Source of the DNA: Eubacteriales bacterium
GTDB taxonomy: Bacteria > Bacillota > Clostridia > Oscillospirales > CAG-382
Length of the DNA: 64,000 nt
Assembly (NCBI GenBank): GCA_045587745.1
Contig: JAZNCU010000072.1
Coordinates: 13,069 to 77,068 of the forward strand
Direction of reading: 5' to 3'
A program made the position numbers and the translations under genes. Positions 53,300 to 61,666 of the stretch are shown here, piece by piece (positions within the stretch are counted from its first letter, which is position 1; each line of letters begins with the position of its first letter). The notes under the pieces were generated by a model. It did not search any database. It saw nothing but the letters and a program-made list of their open reading frames with translations, and was not told the DNA's origin.

Positions 53300-53953
53300 A
53301 TGGATAAAGCCAAAGTATTTTTTCGCAAATACGGGCATTTGCTTTTACTTTTGTACATACCGTTTCATTTCTGGTGGTACGAGGCGGCAAGGTTTTTCGG
53401 CTCGGACGGCGAGATATGGATGATAGAATCGGAGCTTGATGCGCTGATCCCCTTTTGCGAGTGGTTTATAATCCCCTACTGTCTGTGGTATTTTTATATT
53501 GCGGCAGTGGCGGTTTATTCGGTATTTGCGGGTCGGCGTGAATACTACCGTTTTATGAGTCTTTACATACTCAGTATGCTGATTCCGATGATTATCATCA
53601 CGGCAGCACCAAACGGAATACCCCTCTCGATGCGCCCCGACTTTGACTCGCTCGGGCGTGACAACCTTGGCATTACACTCGTAAAGCTCATATATTCGAT
53701 AGACTCCCCTCCCCGATGCGTTTTTCCCTCGATGCACACCACCGTGTCGGTAGGACTTGCCTATGCGGTGTGCCGTATGAATCTCAAAAAACAGCTCAAG
53801 GCGGCGGCTGTTGTACTGAGCACGCTCATCGTTCTTTCGACCGTGCTCGTCAAGCAGCACTCTGTCATAGACGTTTTTGGCGGACTTGCGGTTTCGGCAT
53901 TGATCCTGGTTGCAGTCTATTTTGCCGAAAAACGCCTCGTCAAGCAAGGCTGA
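53300..53953 (+). CDS. PAP2-superfamily membrane phosphatase/transferase
   Basis: 217-aa polytopic ORF with FPSMHT and QHSVIDVFGG motifs (the C2/C3 motifs of the PAP2 fold). Confidence 0.75.
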   Translation: MDKAKVFFRKYGHLLLLLYIPFHFWWYEAARFFGSDGEIWMIESELDALIPFCEWFIIPYCLWYFYIAAVAVYSVFAGRREYYRFMSLYILSMLIPMIIITAAPNGIPLSMRPDFDSLGRDNLGITLVKLIYSIDSPPRCVFPSMHTTVSVGLAYAVCRMNLKKQLKAAAVVLSTLIVLSTVLVKQHSVIDVFGGLAVSALILVAVYFAEKRLVKQG

Positions 53954-53959
53954 AATACA

Positions 53960-53996
53960 AATACCTGCTACAGCTGACCGCAGCAGGTATTTTTTA
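53960..53996 (+). terminator. Intrinsic terminator after the PAP2 gene (same stem as 52011)
   Basis: AATACCTGCTAC-agctgacc-GCAGCAGGTATT followed by TTTTT. Confidence 0.7.
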
Positions 53997-54035
53997 CGGG
54001 GTTCCCAATAAGCCGACAGGCTTATTGGGATAATT
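53997..54035 (+). repeat. Single hairpin unit of the GGGGTCCCC family
   Basis: The sequence is CGGGGTTCCCAATAAGCC-GACA-GGCTTATTGGGATAATT. The layout and GACA loop match 18122-18201, but the stem letters are changed in a compensatory way. Confidence 0.8.
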
Positions 54036-54045
54036 CATTCGGTTA

Positions 54046-55113
54046 TCAGTCGATAGTAACCTCTTTGCCGGTCTCGGCGCTCTTGTAGATAGCATCGAGG
54101 ATCTTCATAAGAACAACGCCGTCGCTTGCTTTGCTGATGCACTCGCACTCACCGAGGATACTGCTTACAAAATGTCCGATCTCGTTACTGAACAGACCGT
54201 CAAACGAAAGCGAGGTATCGCCAAAGGGCTTGATGTCAACGAACATTCCGTTCATATCGGAGAAGAACTCGACACGGGGATCGATCTTTGCTCCCGCCTT
54301 GGTACCGAACAGCTCTATCTCGCCTCTGTCGGTCTTGAGGTTGAGGTTGAAGCTCGCCTCTACCGAAAGGGTAAAGCCGTTGTCAAAACGGATGAGAGCA
54401 CTTGCAAAATCCTCAACGTCGTACTTAAAGTCCTTGCCGAGCGACGAGGAAACCCAGCTCTGTCCGCCGACTGCGCGGGAGTTGCCGAGGTTATTGTAGG
54501 TAACGCCGTAAACCGAAACGGGCTTGGGCGAGCCTGCAAGGTAGCGGCACAGGTCGATAACGTGAACTCCGAGGTCGATAAGGGGGCCGCCGCCCGAGTA
54601 TTCCTTATCGCCAAACCAGCCGCCGGGGCAGCCGCTGCGGCGGAGATAGGATGCCTTTGCATAGTAAAGATCACCCATCGTGCCACCCTCAATAAACTTT
54701 TTGATAACGTCGGCATCGTTACCGAAGCGGCGCACGAAGCCGATCATAAGGAGCTTGCCGTTTTCCTTTGCGGCCTTTTCCATTTCCTCTGCCTCTGCGG
54801 CATTCATAGCCATAGGCTTCTCGCAGATAACGTGGCAGCCTGCTTTGAGAGCGGCAATAGTAGCGCCCTTATGTGCGGCGTTCCAGGTGCACACCGAAAC
54901 GGCATCAAGGCTCTCCTTCTCAAGCATTTCGTTGTAATCGGTATAACAATGGCTGTGATCGATTCCGAGACTTTCGGCACGGGCAAGCATTTTGGGCTCG
55001 TCGATATCGCAAAGCGCAATAATATCGCATTTTGCGGAATGAGCCTTGTAGCCGCCGATATGAACGTTTGCAATATTTCCCGTTCCGATAATACCTATTT
55101 TGAGTTTTTCCAT
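54046..55113 (-). CDS. Gfo/Idh/MocA-family NAD(P)-dependent oxidoreductase
   Basis: Track ORF 54046..55533, trimmed to MEKLKIGIIGTGNIANVHIGGY (ATG 55113, GGTGGA RBS). The upstream 140 track codons overlap the divergent ABC gene and its promoter. Confidence 0.8.
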   Translation of the reverse strand: MEKLKIGIIGTGNIANVHIGGYKAHSAKCDIIALCDIDEPKMLARAESLGIDHSHCYTDYNEMLEKESLDAVSVCTWNAAHKGATIAALKAGCHVICEKPMAMNAAEAEEMEKAAKENGKLLMIGFVRRFGNDADVIKKFIEGGTMGDLYYAKASYLRRSGCPGGWFGDKEYSGGGPLIDLGVHVIDLCRYLAGSPKPVSVYGVTYNNLGNSRAVGGQSWVSSSLGKDFKYDVEDFASALIRFDNGFTLSVEASFNLNLKTDRGEIELFGTKAGAKIDPRVEFFSDMNGMFVDIKPFGDTSLSFDGLFSNEIGHFVSSILGECECISKASDGVVLMKILDAIYKSAETGKEVTID

Positions 55114-55239
55114 AATTTCCACCCCATAATAACAGATTAACTTAATTTTAGAACGATATGTGGTATATGTCAAGTAATTTGTTGCAATATTTTGGTTTTT
55201 GTGATATAATACCGCAAAGCAAAAAGCGAGGAGCCGAAA

Positions 55240-57009
55240 ATGATAAAAAAGTTTATATCGTACTACAAACCGCACAGACGTCTGTTTGCGTTTGATATGC
55301 TCTGCTCGTTGATAATTGCCACGTGCGATCTGTTTTACCCTATGATTACGCGAAGCATAATCAATGACTACGTTCCAAACAGGAATTTGCGTCTGCTGAT
55401 CGTATGGTCGTGCGCGTTGTTGGCAATATACGTGCTCAAAATGATATTGAATTACATCGTATCCTATTGGGGTCACGTGGTCGGTGTCAGAATGCAGGGA
55501 GATATGAGGCGTGATATGTTCCGCCATCTGCAAAAGCTGCCCTTTTCGTTCTATGACGAGAACAAAACGGGTACGGTTATGTCACGTCTGATGAACGATC
55601 TTTTTGACGTATCCGAGCTGGCGCATCACGGCCCCGAGGATCTGTTCCTCAGCGTGATAATGTTCATCGGCTCATTTGTTATGCTCGCAAATATCAACAT
55701 ATACCTTACGCTCATTATCTATGCGTTTATCCCCTTCGTCATCTTTTTCGCCATAAAAATGCGCGGCAGGATGAAGACCTCATTCCGCATTATGCGTGAG
55801 GAAACGGCAGAGGTGAACTCCAACGTCGAAACGGCGATCTCGGGTATCCGTGTATCACGTGCGTACACAAGCGAGTCGCACGAGAATGCAAAATTCGATG
55901 CGGCAAACGAGCGATTCAAGGTATCCCGAGGACACGCCTACAAGGCGATGGGACAATTCCACTCGGTAATGACCTTTTTTACCGACTTTTTATACCTTGC
56001 GGCACTCGTTGCGGGCGGTCTGTTCTTTTACAACAGCTATGCAAATCCCGGGAGCCCGCTGACCATAGACGGCGGAGATTTTACGGCGTTTATTCTCTAT
56101 ATGGCTATGCTTCTCAAGCCGATAAACCGTTTTATATCGCTGTTTGAGCAGCTGCAGAACGGTATGACGGGCTTTGCACGCTTTGTTGAAATAATGGAGT
56201 TTCCCACCGAGCCCGAGAGCGAGAATGCGGTAGAGCTGACCGATGTTGAGGGCAGGATCGATTTTGAGAACGTTACCTTCAGATACCCTACCTCAGACAG
56301 CGAGGGAGCAGTTATCAACTCACTCACGCTGAGCATTCAAAAGGGTCAGACGGTTGCACTGGTAGGTCCCTCGGGAGGCGGAAAGACAACGCTTTGCCAC
56401 CTTATTCCCAGGTTTTACGAGCTTGATGAGGGCTGCATAAAAATCGACGGGCACGATATAAAGGATCTGACCCGTTACTCGCTCCGCAAGAATATCGGCA
56501 TAGTCGCTCAGGATGTATTCCTTTTCAACGGCACTATCCGTGAGAATATTGCCTACGGAAACCCCGATGCCGATGACGCTATGATAGAGGAGGCGGCAAA
56601 AAAAGCCAACATTCACGATTACATCCTCACTCTCGAGAACGGCTACGATACTCAGGTGGGAGAGCGCGGAATCAAGCTGTCGGGCGGTCAAAAGCAGCGC
56701 ATCTCGATTGCACGTGCCTTCCTCAAAAATCCCGCAATACTCATACTTGACGAGGCAACGAGCGCACTCGACAACGTTACCGAGATGCAAATTCAGTCAT
56801 CACTCGAGGAGCTTGCAAGGGGCAGGACGGTGCTCGTGGTCGCACACAGGCTCACCACCATCCAGAACGCCGACGAGATACTCGTTATGACCTCCGAGGG
56901 CATCGTAGAGCGAGGCAACCACCGTGATCTGATCGAAAAGGGCGGAGTTTACGCTCATCTGCATTCAATCAAAAACGAGGGCTTTACCGGCTCGGCTTAC
57001 GCAAAATAA
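55240..57009 (+). CDS. ABC exporter, fused permease/ATPase (MsbA/type I exporter-like)
   Basis: 589-aa ORF with six N-terminal TM helices, Walker A (GPSGGGKTT), LSGGQKQR and Walker B (ILILDEATSALD). Confidence 0.85.
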   Translation: MIKKFISYYKPHRRLFAFDMLCSLIIATCDLFYPMITRSIINDYVPNRNLRLLIVWSCALLAIYVLKMILNYIVSYWGHVVGVRMQGDMRRDMFRHLQKLPFSFYDENKTGTVMSRLMNDLFDVSELAHHGPEDLFLSVIMFIGSFVMLANINIYLTLIIYAFIPFVIFFAIKMRGRMKTSFRIMREETAEVNSNVETAISGIRVSRAYTSESHENAKFDAANERFKVSRGHAYKAMGQFHSVMTFFTDFLYLAALVAGGLFFYNSYANPGSPLTIDGGDFTAFILYMAMLLKPINRFISLFEQLQNGMTGFARFVEIMEFPTEPESENAVELTDVEGRIDFENVTFRYPTSDSEGAVINSLTLSIQKGQTVALVGPSGGGKTTLCHLIPRFYELDEGCIKIDGHDIKDLTRYSLRKNIGIVAQDVFLFNGTIRENIAYGNPDADDAMIEEAAKKANIHDYILTLENGYDTQVGERGIKLSGGQKQRISIARAFLKNPAILILDEATSALDNVTEMQIQSSLEELARGRTVLVVAHRLTTIQNADEILVMTSEGIVERGNHRDLIEKGGVYAHLHSIKNEGFTGSAYAK

Positions 57010-57016
57010 AAAAATC

Positions 57017-57057
57017 GGGCTGTCGCAGGTGAAATACCTACGGCAGTCCGTCTTTTT
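57017..57057 (+). terminator. Intrinsic terminator after the ABC exporter
   Basis: GGGCTGTCGCAGG-tgaaata-CCTACGGCAGTCC (12 of 13 pairs, including wobbles) followed by GTCTTTTTA. Confidence 0.6.
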
Positions 57058-57058
57058 A

Positions 57059-57553
57059 TCATAATAATGCGTCGACTCGGTCGTATATATGATGCCGATC
57101 GGTACCAAGTGCGGCGGCAAGCTCCCCAAATAACAGATCCTCCGCCTTTTTCAAAAACCTCTCGTCCACAGCCGAGAGCTTTTTCTTTTTTTCGATACAA
57201 TCGGTGCGCTTGATGTATATCGAGCATATCAGCTCGAGCAGCTTATCGCTCTCGCCGCTTTTGAGCACTGCTGTATAACGCTCGGTGAGCGCACGGGGAT
57301 TTACAAGAGTGCAAACCTCAGGCTTTAATGACGGAATCAGCCCAATAAGCCGTTCCGCATCATCGGCAGAAATAATACTGCGTATGTTCACACACTCATT
57401 TTGGATCGGCGTAAATATTGCACACGACTGATATACGGGTGCCAGCTTGTAGCACTCCACATCTCCGTTAGGCATCGCTTTGACAGCAATATCCTCAACA
57501 CGGCAAACGCCGGTTTCGCCGTAATAAACGAGATCACCCGGTTTGAATTTCAT
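57059..57553 (-). CDS. CarD/CdnL-family transcriptional regulator
   Basis: Track ORF trimmed to MKFKPGDLVYYGETGVCRVEDI (a CarD_CdnL_TRCF N-terminal Tudor-like domain) plus a helical C-terminal domain. Confidence 0.7.
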   Translation of the reverse strand: MKFKPGDLVYYGETGVCRVEDIAVKAMPNGDVECYKLAPVYQSCAIFTPIQNECVNIRSIISADDAERLIGLIPSLKPEVCTLVNPRALTERYTAVLKSGESDKLLELICSIYIKRTDCIEKKKKLSAVDERFLKKAEDLLFGELAAALGTDRHHIYDRVDALL

Positions 57554-57708
57554 ACATTCCCCACTTTGCAAATAACGAAAAAAACATCCTGCGTACACGT
57601 TTATTTTAACACAAATTGATAATTTTCGCAAGCGATTTTTTGAATTTTCATATCGAAAAAATTTGCCGTCTCGTTAAAGAGACGGCATTATTTTGATTAT
57701 CGGTAGGC

Positions 57709-58395
57709 TCAAACAGGTATACTTGCATCCGCAAAGGAGCGCATAAAAATCTCACGTATAAGCGAATGGCCGTCGGCGTTGGGATGGATTCCGTCAACGC
57801 AGATCATATTGTCAAGACGGTGAGGAAGCAGGAATTCGCTACGAAGATCGAGCAGAGGACAGTTCATACTTCTTGCGAGCTTTTCGACGAGTGAGCTGTA
57901 GTATTCCTGCCAGCGCGAAATAGTATTGACGTCGCCAAGCCATTTGAGAATGTTATCGTAGGACAATCCCTTTGAAACAAAGTTCATAAATCTGCCCGAC
58001 TCAATCGGAACAAGTGAGGAGACTACGACGGTTGCGCCCTTGCTGCGGCAGTACTCTATCATCTCGCGGTATGTTTTGACAAAACGCTCGGCAGGAGTAG
58101 CAGGTAAAAAATCGGTACGGTCAGGCTCGGCAGAAACTGCACTCCAATCAAAATTACAGTCATTTCCGCCGTATTCGAGCACGACAACGGTGTCCTTGTC
58201 ACAATCGTCAAGCGTGTCCTTTATAATCTCAAAGCCTTTATCAACGGTTGCGCCCATCTTGCAGTTGTTCTCGATGGCAATACCGTTTTCCTCTATATCA
58301 TCGAAACGGTATGAGCAAAGCTTGTATCTGCCAAGCGACTCGTTGTACATAACTCCCTTGAGAATTGAATCTCCGTAAATTTTGATGTTTTTCAT
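57709..58395 (-). CDS. SGNH/GDSL-family hydrolase
   Basis: 228-aa ORF with block I (IYGDSILKG), block III (YGGND) and block V (DGIHPN). Confidence 0.75.
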   Translation of the reverse strand: MKNIKIYGDSILKGVMYNESLGRYKLCSYRFDDIEENGIAIENNCKMGATVDKGFEIIKDTLDDCDKDTVVVLEYGGNDCNFDWSAVSAEPDRTDFLPATPAERFVKTYREMIEYCRSKGATVVVSSLVPIESGRFMNFVSKGLSYDNILKWLGDVNTISRWQEYYSSLVEKLARSMNCPLLDLRSEFLLPHRLDNMICVDGIHPNADGHSLIREIFMRSFADASIPV

Positions 58396-58617
58396 CTCTG
58401 CGTCCTTTCGCTGTTGTCATCGATATAATACCCATTGTATATATAAAAGTCCACCTACCGTTAAAATTTTCAACCCGACTACTGGTGTTTGGTGCAGTAG
58501 AGTCATTTCTCTACCGTTCTACCGTCGGTAGAAAAAGTCCTTAAATCAACCGTTTTACGGTCTTGCAATTCAAAAAACAATGTGATATAATGATTTTGCG
58601 GAAAGGAGATGGCATAT

Positions 58618-59262
58618 ATGCAGGATTACAAAAGAATTATCGCAAACAACATATCCGAGCTCCGCAAAGCGGTCCCGATGACTCAGGCAGAGCTTGCCGA
58701 GAGGCTTAATTATTCTGACAAAGCTATTTCCAAATGGGAGCGCGGCGAGTCGATTCCCGACGTTTCGGTGCTCAAGGAGATAGCCGATGTTTTTGGAGTC
58801 ACTGTCGACTATCTGCTCGAGGAGATACATCCTCTGAACGCAAAAATGCAGAGTGTCCCCCGTCAGACCGTCAAGAGCCGTACGATGGTCGTGCTGATGT
58901 GCTGTACTCTCGCTTGGTTTATTGCCACGCTTGTTTTTGTGCTGCTTTGGCATCTGACCGACCTGTCACGCATCTGGCTCTGCTTTATTTACCCTATCCC
59001 CGTCAATGCGATCATCGGCATCGTCTTCAACTCAATCTGGGGTAAGGCTAAATATAACTTTATGCTCATCTCGGTGCTCGTTTGGAGCATTCTCGCCTGC
59101 ATCTACCTCTCGGTAGGCGTATACGAGAGCTGGGGAGTGTTTGTTATAGGAATCCCCGCTCAAATTATTATACTGCTATGGTCGGGCACGAGGGCAAGGT
59201 TTCTTCGCTCGGGAAATAAGCAAAAAAAGCAAAAAGCGCATATAATAGACAAAGGGGAGTAA
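58618..59262 (+). CDS. Membrane-anchored XRE-family HTH protein
   Basis: The HTH_3 region is MTQAELAERLNYSDKAISKWERGESIP, followed by about four predicted TM helices. The second ATG (58618) has better spacing to AGGAG than the track start at 58609. A TTGCAA-17-TATAAT promoter lies upstream. Confidence 0.75.
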   Translation: MQDYKRIIANNISELRKAVPMTQAELAERLNYSDKAISKWERGESIPDVSVLKEIADVFGVTVDYLLEEIHPLNAKMQSVPRQTVKSRTMVVLMCCTLAWFIATLVFVLLWHLTDLSRIWLCFIYPIPVNAIIGIVFNSIWGKAKYNFMLISVLVWSILACIYLSVGVYESWGVFVIGIPAQIIILLWSGTRARFLRSGNKQKKQKAHIIDKGE

Positions 59263-59640
59263 TAGCGAGACTTCCCAAAACGGAAGTCTCGCAGTTTTAT
59301 TCGCCTCGTGGGGTCCCCGCAAAACATAGTTTTGTGGGGTTATCCTGGGGTCCCCGCAAAACATAGTTTTGTGGGGTTATCCTGGGGTCCCCGCAAAACA
59401 TAGTTTTGTGGGGTTATCCGTTCGGCGAGTTATATTGCTTCGCAGTTTTATTATGCTTTTTGCCCCACTAAAGAACTTTTGCGTATGTCCCCATCGCATA
59501 GTGTTATTGCCTTCGGCAGTTTAAGGCGAATAAAATAACACTGAAACCTCTTGGTTTCAATAACACTGTTACCGCAGGTAATAATAACACTCCTACGAAG
59601 TCGGAATATAACTTGAAATAAATTGGCTTGTTGATAAAAT
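59263..59640 (+). repeat. Composite modular intergenic repeat (terminator hairpin - 3 x 37-bp units - ~95-bp module - AATAACACT/hairpin array)
   Basis: It starts 1 nt after the stop codon. The first module is GCGAGACTTCC-caaaac-GGAAGTCTCGC-AGTTTTATT. Three tandem units follow at 59310-59420. Next is a module shared with 52211-52305 and partly with 26040-26118. The last part is AATAACACT + short hairpin x3 (59534-59600). Confidence 0.85.
59310..59420 (+). repeat. 3 x 37-bp tandem repeat (GGGGTCCCCGCAAAACATAGTTTTGTGGGGTTATCCT)
   Basis: The three contiguous copies were read directly and differ only at the last base of the third. Each folds as CCCCGCAAAAC-ATA-GTTTTGTGGGG, 11 bp with one G.U pair. 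Confidence 0.9.
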
Positions 59641-59914
59641 GACAAGGATTTAGCCTAGCCCAAGAACATTTGTACAGACAAATGCGATGCCGGTTTTTTC
59701 GAATCAGTTCGATAAATTAGGGTTTATCGAACAGAGTACAACGAACCTCGACTGACCTTCAAAAAATCCGTCGGGATTTTATCATCCTTACGAGAAGTAG
59801 CCTTAAGGCTTCCCTTTTTTACACATCATTATTTGGATAGTGCTTGACTATTTCGACAAATTGTGCTATTATACTCGGTAGTCATAGCAAATTATTATAT
59901 TTAAGGAGAAAACT

Positions 59915-60739
59915 ATGAAAAAATTAGCATTTATTCTTGCCCTGGTTATGGTATTCACTCTTGCTTTTGCAGCATGCGGCTCCGATGAGGAAAGCTCCGT
60001 AGCAGGCGGCGACGCTTCCAATACCGAGTCTGTTGCAGATCAGTCCGCCGATACTTCTGCCGAGACTTCCGGCGAGACTTCCGACGAGGCTTCCGATGAG
60101 GAGTCCACCGAGGCTTCCGACGAGGAGTCCACCGAGGCTTCCGACGAGGAGTCTACCGACACCTCCGATGAGGAGTCCACCGAGACCTCTGAGGAGGATG
60201 TTTCCATTCCCGAAGAGCTCAACAACATCGCAGCAGGTAAATCCTACACCACCTCTGAGCTTTACAGGCAGGGCGGTGCAGATGTTAACTGGGCGTATGA
60301 CCCCAGCGCTGAGATCGCGTATCCCGACACCGATAACTGCGAGCTTACCGACGGCGTCCTCCCCGAGATCGTTACCGAGGCGGGCGAGCACTACCGTGAC
60401 GAGGCTTGGATCGGTCTCCACTTCGGCGTTCCCGAGTACAGCACTCTCGGCTATGCATACGTAACTCTTGATCTCGAAGAGGCTACCACCTTCTACGGCG
60501 CAAACGTTTACGTTGGCACCAACCTCGTTGGCGGCGGAGTCGGCCTTCCCTCCGGTGTATCCGTTTACGTTTCGGACGACGGCGAGAGCTGGACTCTCTA
60601 CGGAGAGGCCGTTCCTTCCGATGCTTCTACCAACGTATGCTGCGTTGAGTTTGAGGGCGTTGCCGAGGCTCAATACGTTCAGTTCCGTCTTACCGCAGGC
60701 GGCTGGATCTTTGTATCCGAGGTTGAGGTTCTTGGCTAA
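59915..60739 (+). CDS. Lipoprotein with an acidic SDEESTEA tandem repeat linker and a C-terminal discoidin (F5/8 type C)-like domain
   Basis: It has a signal peptide with a lipobox (LAFAAC). An 8-aa/24-bp repeat occurs about four times (about 60094-60195). The C-terminal YVQFRLTAGGWIFVSEVEVLG is typical of a discoidin-domain end. A TTGACT-17-TATTAT promoter lies upstream. Confidence 0.55.
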   Translation: MKKLAFILALVMVFTLAFAACGSDEESSVAGGDASNTESVADQSADTSAETSGETSDEASDEESTEASDEESTEASDEESTDTSDEESTETSEEDVSIPEELNNIAAGKSYTTSELYRQGGADVNWAYDPSAEIAYPDTDNCELTDGVLPEIVTEAGEHYRDEAWIGLHFGVPEYSTLGYAYVTLDLEEATTFYGANVYVGTNLVGGGVGLPSGVSVYVSDDGESWTLYGEAVPSDASTNVCCVEFEGVAEAQYVQFRLTAGGWIFVSEVEVLG

Positions 60740-60767
60740 TTCATGCGAATAGCTTTTAACTCATAGC

Positions 60768-60811
60768 AAAAACACCCGATTTACCAATGAGTAAATCGGG
60801 TGTGTTTTTTT
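60768..60811. terminator. Bidirectional terminator between the lipoprotein gene and folD
   Basis: AAAAACACCCGATTTA-ccaatgag-TAAATCGGGTGTGTTTTTTT. Confidence 0.75.
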
Positions 60812-60817
60812 ACTTAT

Positions 60818-61666
60818 TTACAGCGCAAATCGGTACTTAAAGGATTTTACGGTGTTTTCCATAAGTATTGCAATAGTCATAGGGCCGACTCCGCCCGGAA
60901 CGGGAGTGATATACGATGCCCTTTGACTGCAGGAGTCAAAATCACAATCCCCCTTGAGTCCCTCGTCGGTGCGGTTGATGCCCACGTCGATAACCACGGC
61001 ACCCTCCTTGAGACACTCGCCGCCAATCATCTCGGCTCTGCCGACTGCCGCAATAACCACGTCGGCACGCGACAAATGGCTTTCGAGCGACTTCGTTTTT
61101 GAGTGGCAGACCGTAACAGTTGCATTCTCGGCAAGCAAAAGCGCACTCATCGGCTTGCCCACGATATTGCTCCTGCCTACAACAACGCAGTCCTTACCGG
61201 CAACCGAAATGCCGTAATGCGAAAGAAGCCGCATAACTCCAGCCGGAGTACAGGGTAAAAATCGGGGAGTTCCCATATTAAGCAGTCCCACGTTATAGGG
61301 ATGAAATGCGTCGACGTCCTTATCGGGCGAAATAGCCTCGATAACCTTTTTTGCATCTATATGCGGGGGCAAAGGCATCTGTACGAGTATGCCGTCAACG
61401 CCGTCATCGCTATTTAGCCTGTCAATCAGTGCAAGGAGGCTATCCTCCTCGGTCTCGGCAGGAAGAATGAACTCGAGCGATGTGATTCCGATCTGCTCGC
61501 AGGCTCTTTTTTTGTTACGCACGTATACCGCCGATGCAGGATCGTCGCCCACGAGGATAACGGCAAGCGCAGGGGCTCTCAGCCCCGATGCAACAAACCG
61601 CTTAACCTCCTCGGCAAGCTGTTCCTTTACCTCGGCAGATACGGCTTTTCCGTCAATCAACTTCAT
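60818..61666 (-). CDS. folD: Bifunctional methylenetetrahydrofolate dehydrogenase / methenyl-THF cyclohydrolase
   Basis: Track ORF 60818..61897, trimmed to MKLIDGKAVSAEVKEQ (ATG 61666). The upstream 77 Arg/Pro/Ser-rich track codons lie inside lgt in another frame. The ORF carries VILVGDDPAS, PGGVGP and VGRSNIVGKP motifs. Confidence 0.9.
   Translation of the reverse strand: MKLIDGKAVSAEVKEQLAEEVKRFVASGLRAPALAVILVGDDPASAVYVRNKKRACEQIGITSLEFILPAETEEDSLLALIDRLNSDDGVDGILVQMPLPPHIDAKKVIEAISPDKDVDAFHPYNVGLLNMGTPRFLPCTPAGVMRLLSHYGISVAGKDCVVVGRSNIVGKPMSALLLAENATVTVCHSKTKSLESHLSRADVVIAAVGRAEMIGGECLKEGAVVIDVGINRTDEGLKGDCDFDSCSQRASYITPVPGGVGPMTIAILMENTVKSFKYRFAL

Noticed and set aside
52050-53300. Prophage or integrated plasmid around the small 52669..53043 gene.
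   Set aside because: There is no integrase, recombinase, relaxase or structural gene, no tRNA target and no recognisable att repeats. Only the iteron-like block and one small gene are present, so I report it as a possible remnant or minimal module.
55114-55533. 140-codon N-terminal extension of the Gfo/Idh/MocA ORF.
   Set aside because: It overlaps the start and promoter region of the divergent ABC exporter gene and has no homology-like features. The Rossmann fold begins at MEKLKIGIIGTG, which has its own RBS.
59310-59420. Possible CRISPR array (3 x 37-bp identical repeats; 2 x 40-bp at 18122-18201).
   Set aside because: The repeats are directly contiguous with no spacers, there are no cas genes in the window, and the units are strongly self-complementary. 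They are tandem palindromic units, not CRISPR.
59441-59515. Small ORFs inside the repeat elements, for example MLFAPLKNFCVCPHRIVLLPSAV at about 59453, track ORFs 59176..59364 and the start of 26142..27914 (MRGPHEANKTARLP...).
   Set aside because: The copy at 52211-52305 has an in-frame stop (…NFCV*), so the reading frame is not conserved between copies. Conservation is at the level of nucleotides and hairpins.
60094-60195. 24-bp tandem DNA repeat (GAGGCTTCCGACGAGGAGTCCACC-like, about four copies).
   Set aside because: It is coding: it encodes the SDEESTEA acidic linker of the lipoprotein 59915..60739. It is not an independent noncoding repeat, though it could vary in copy number between strains.
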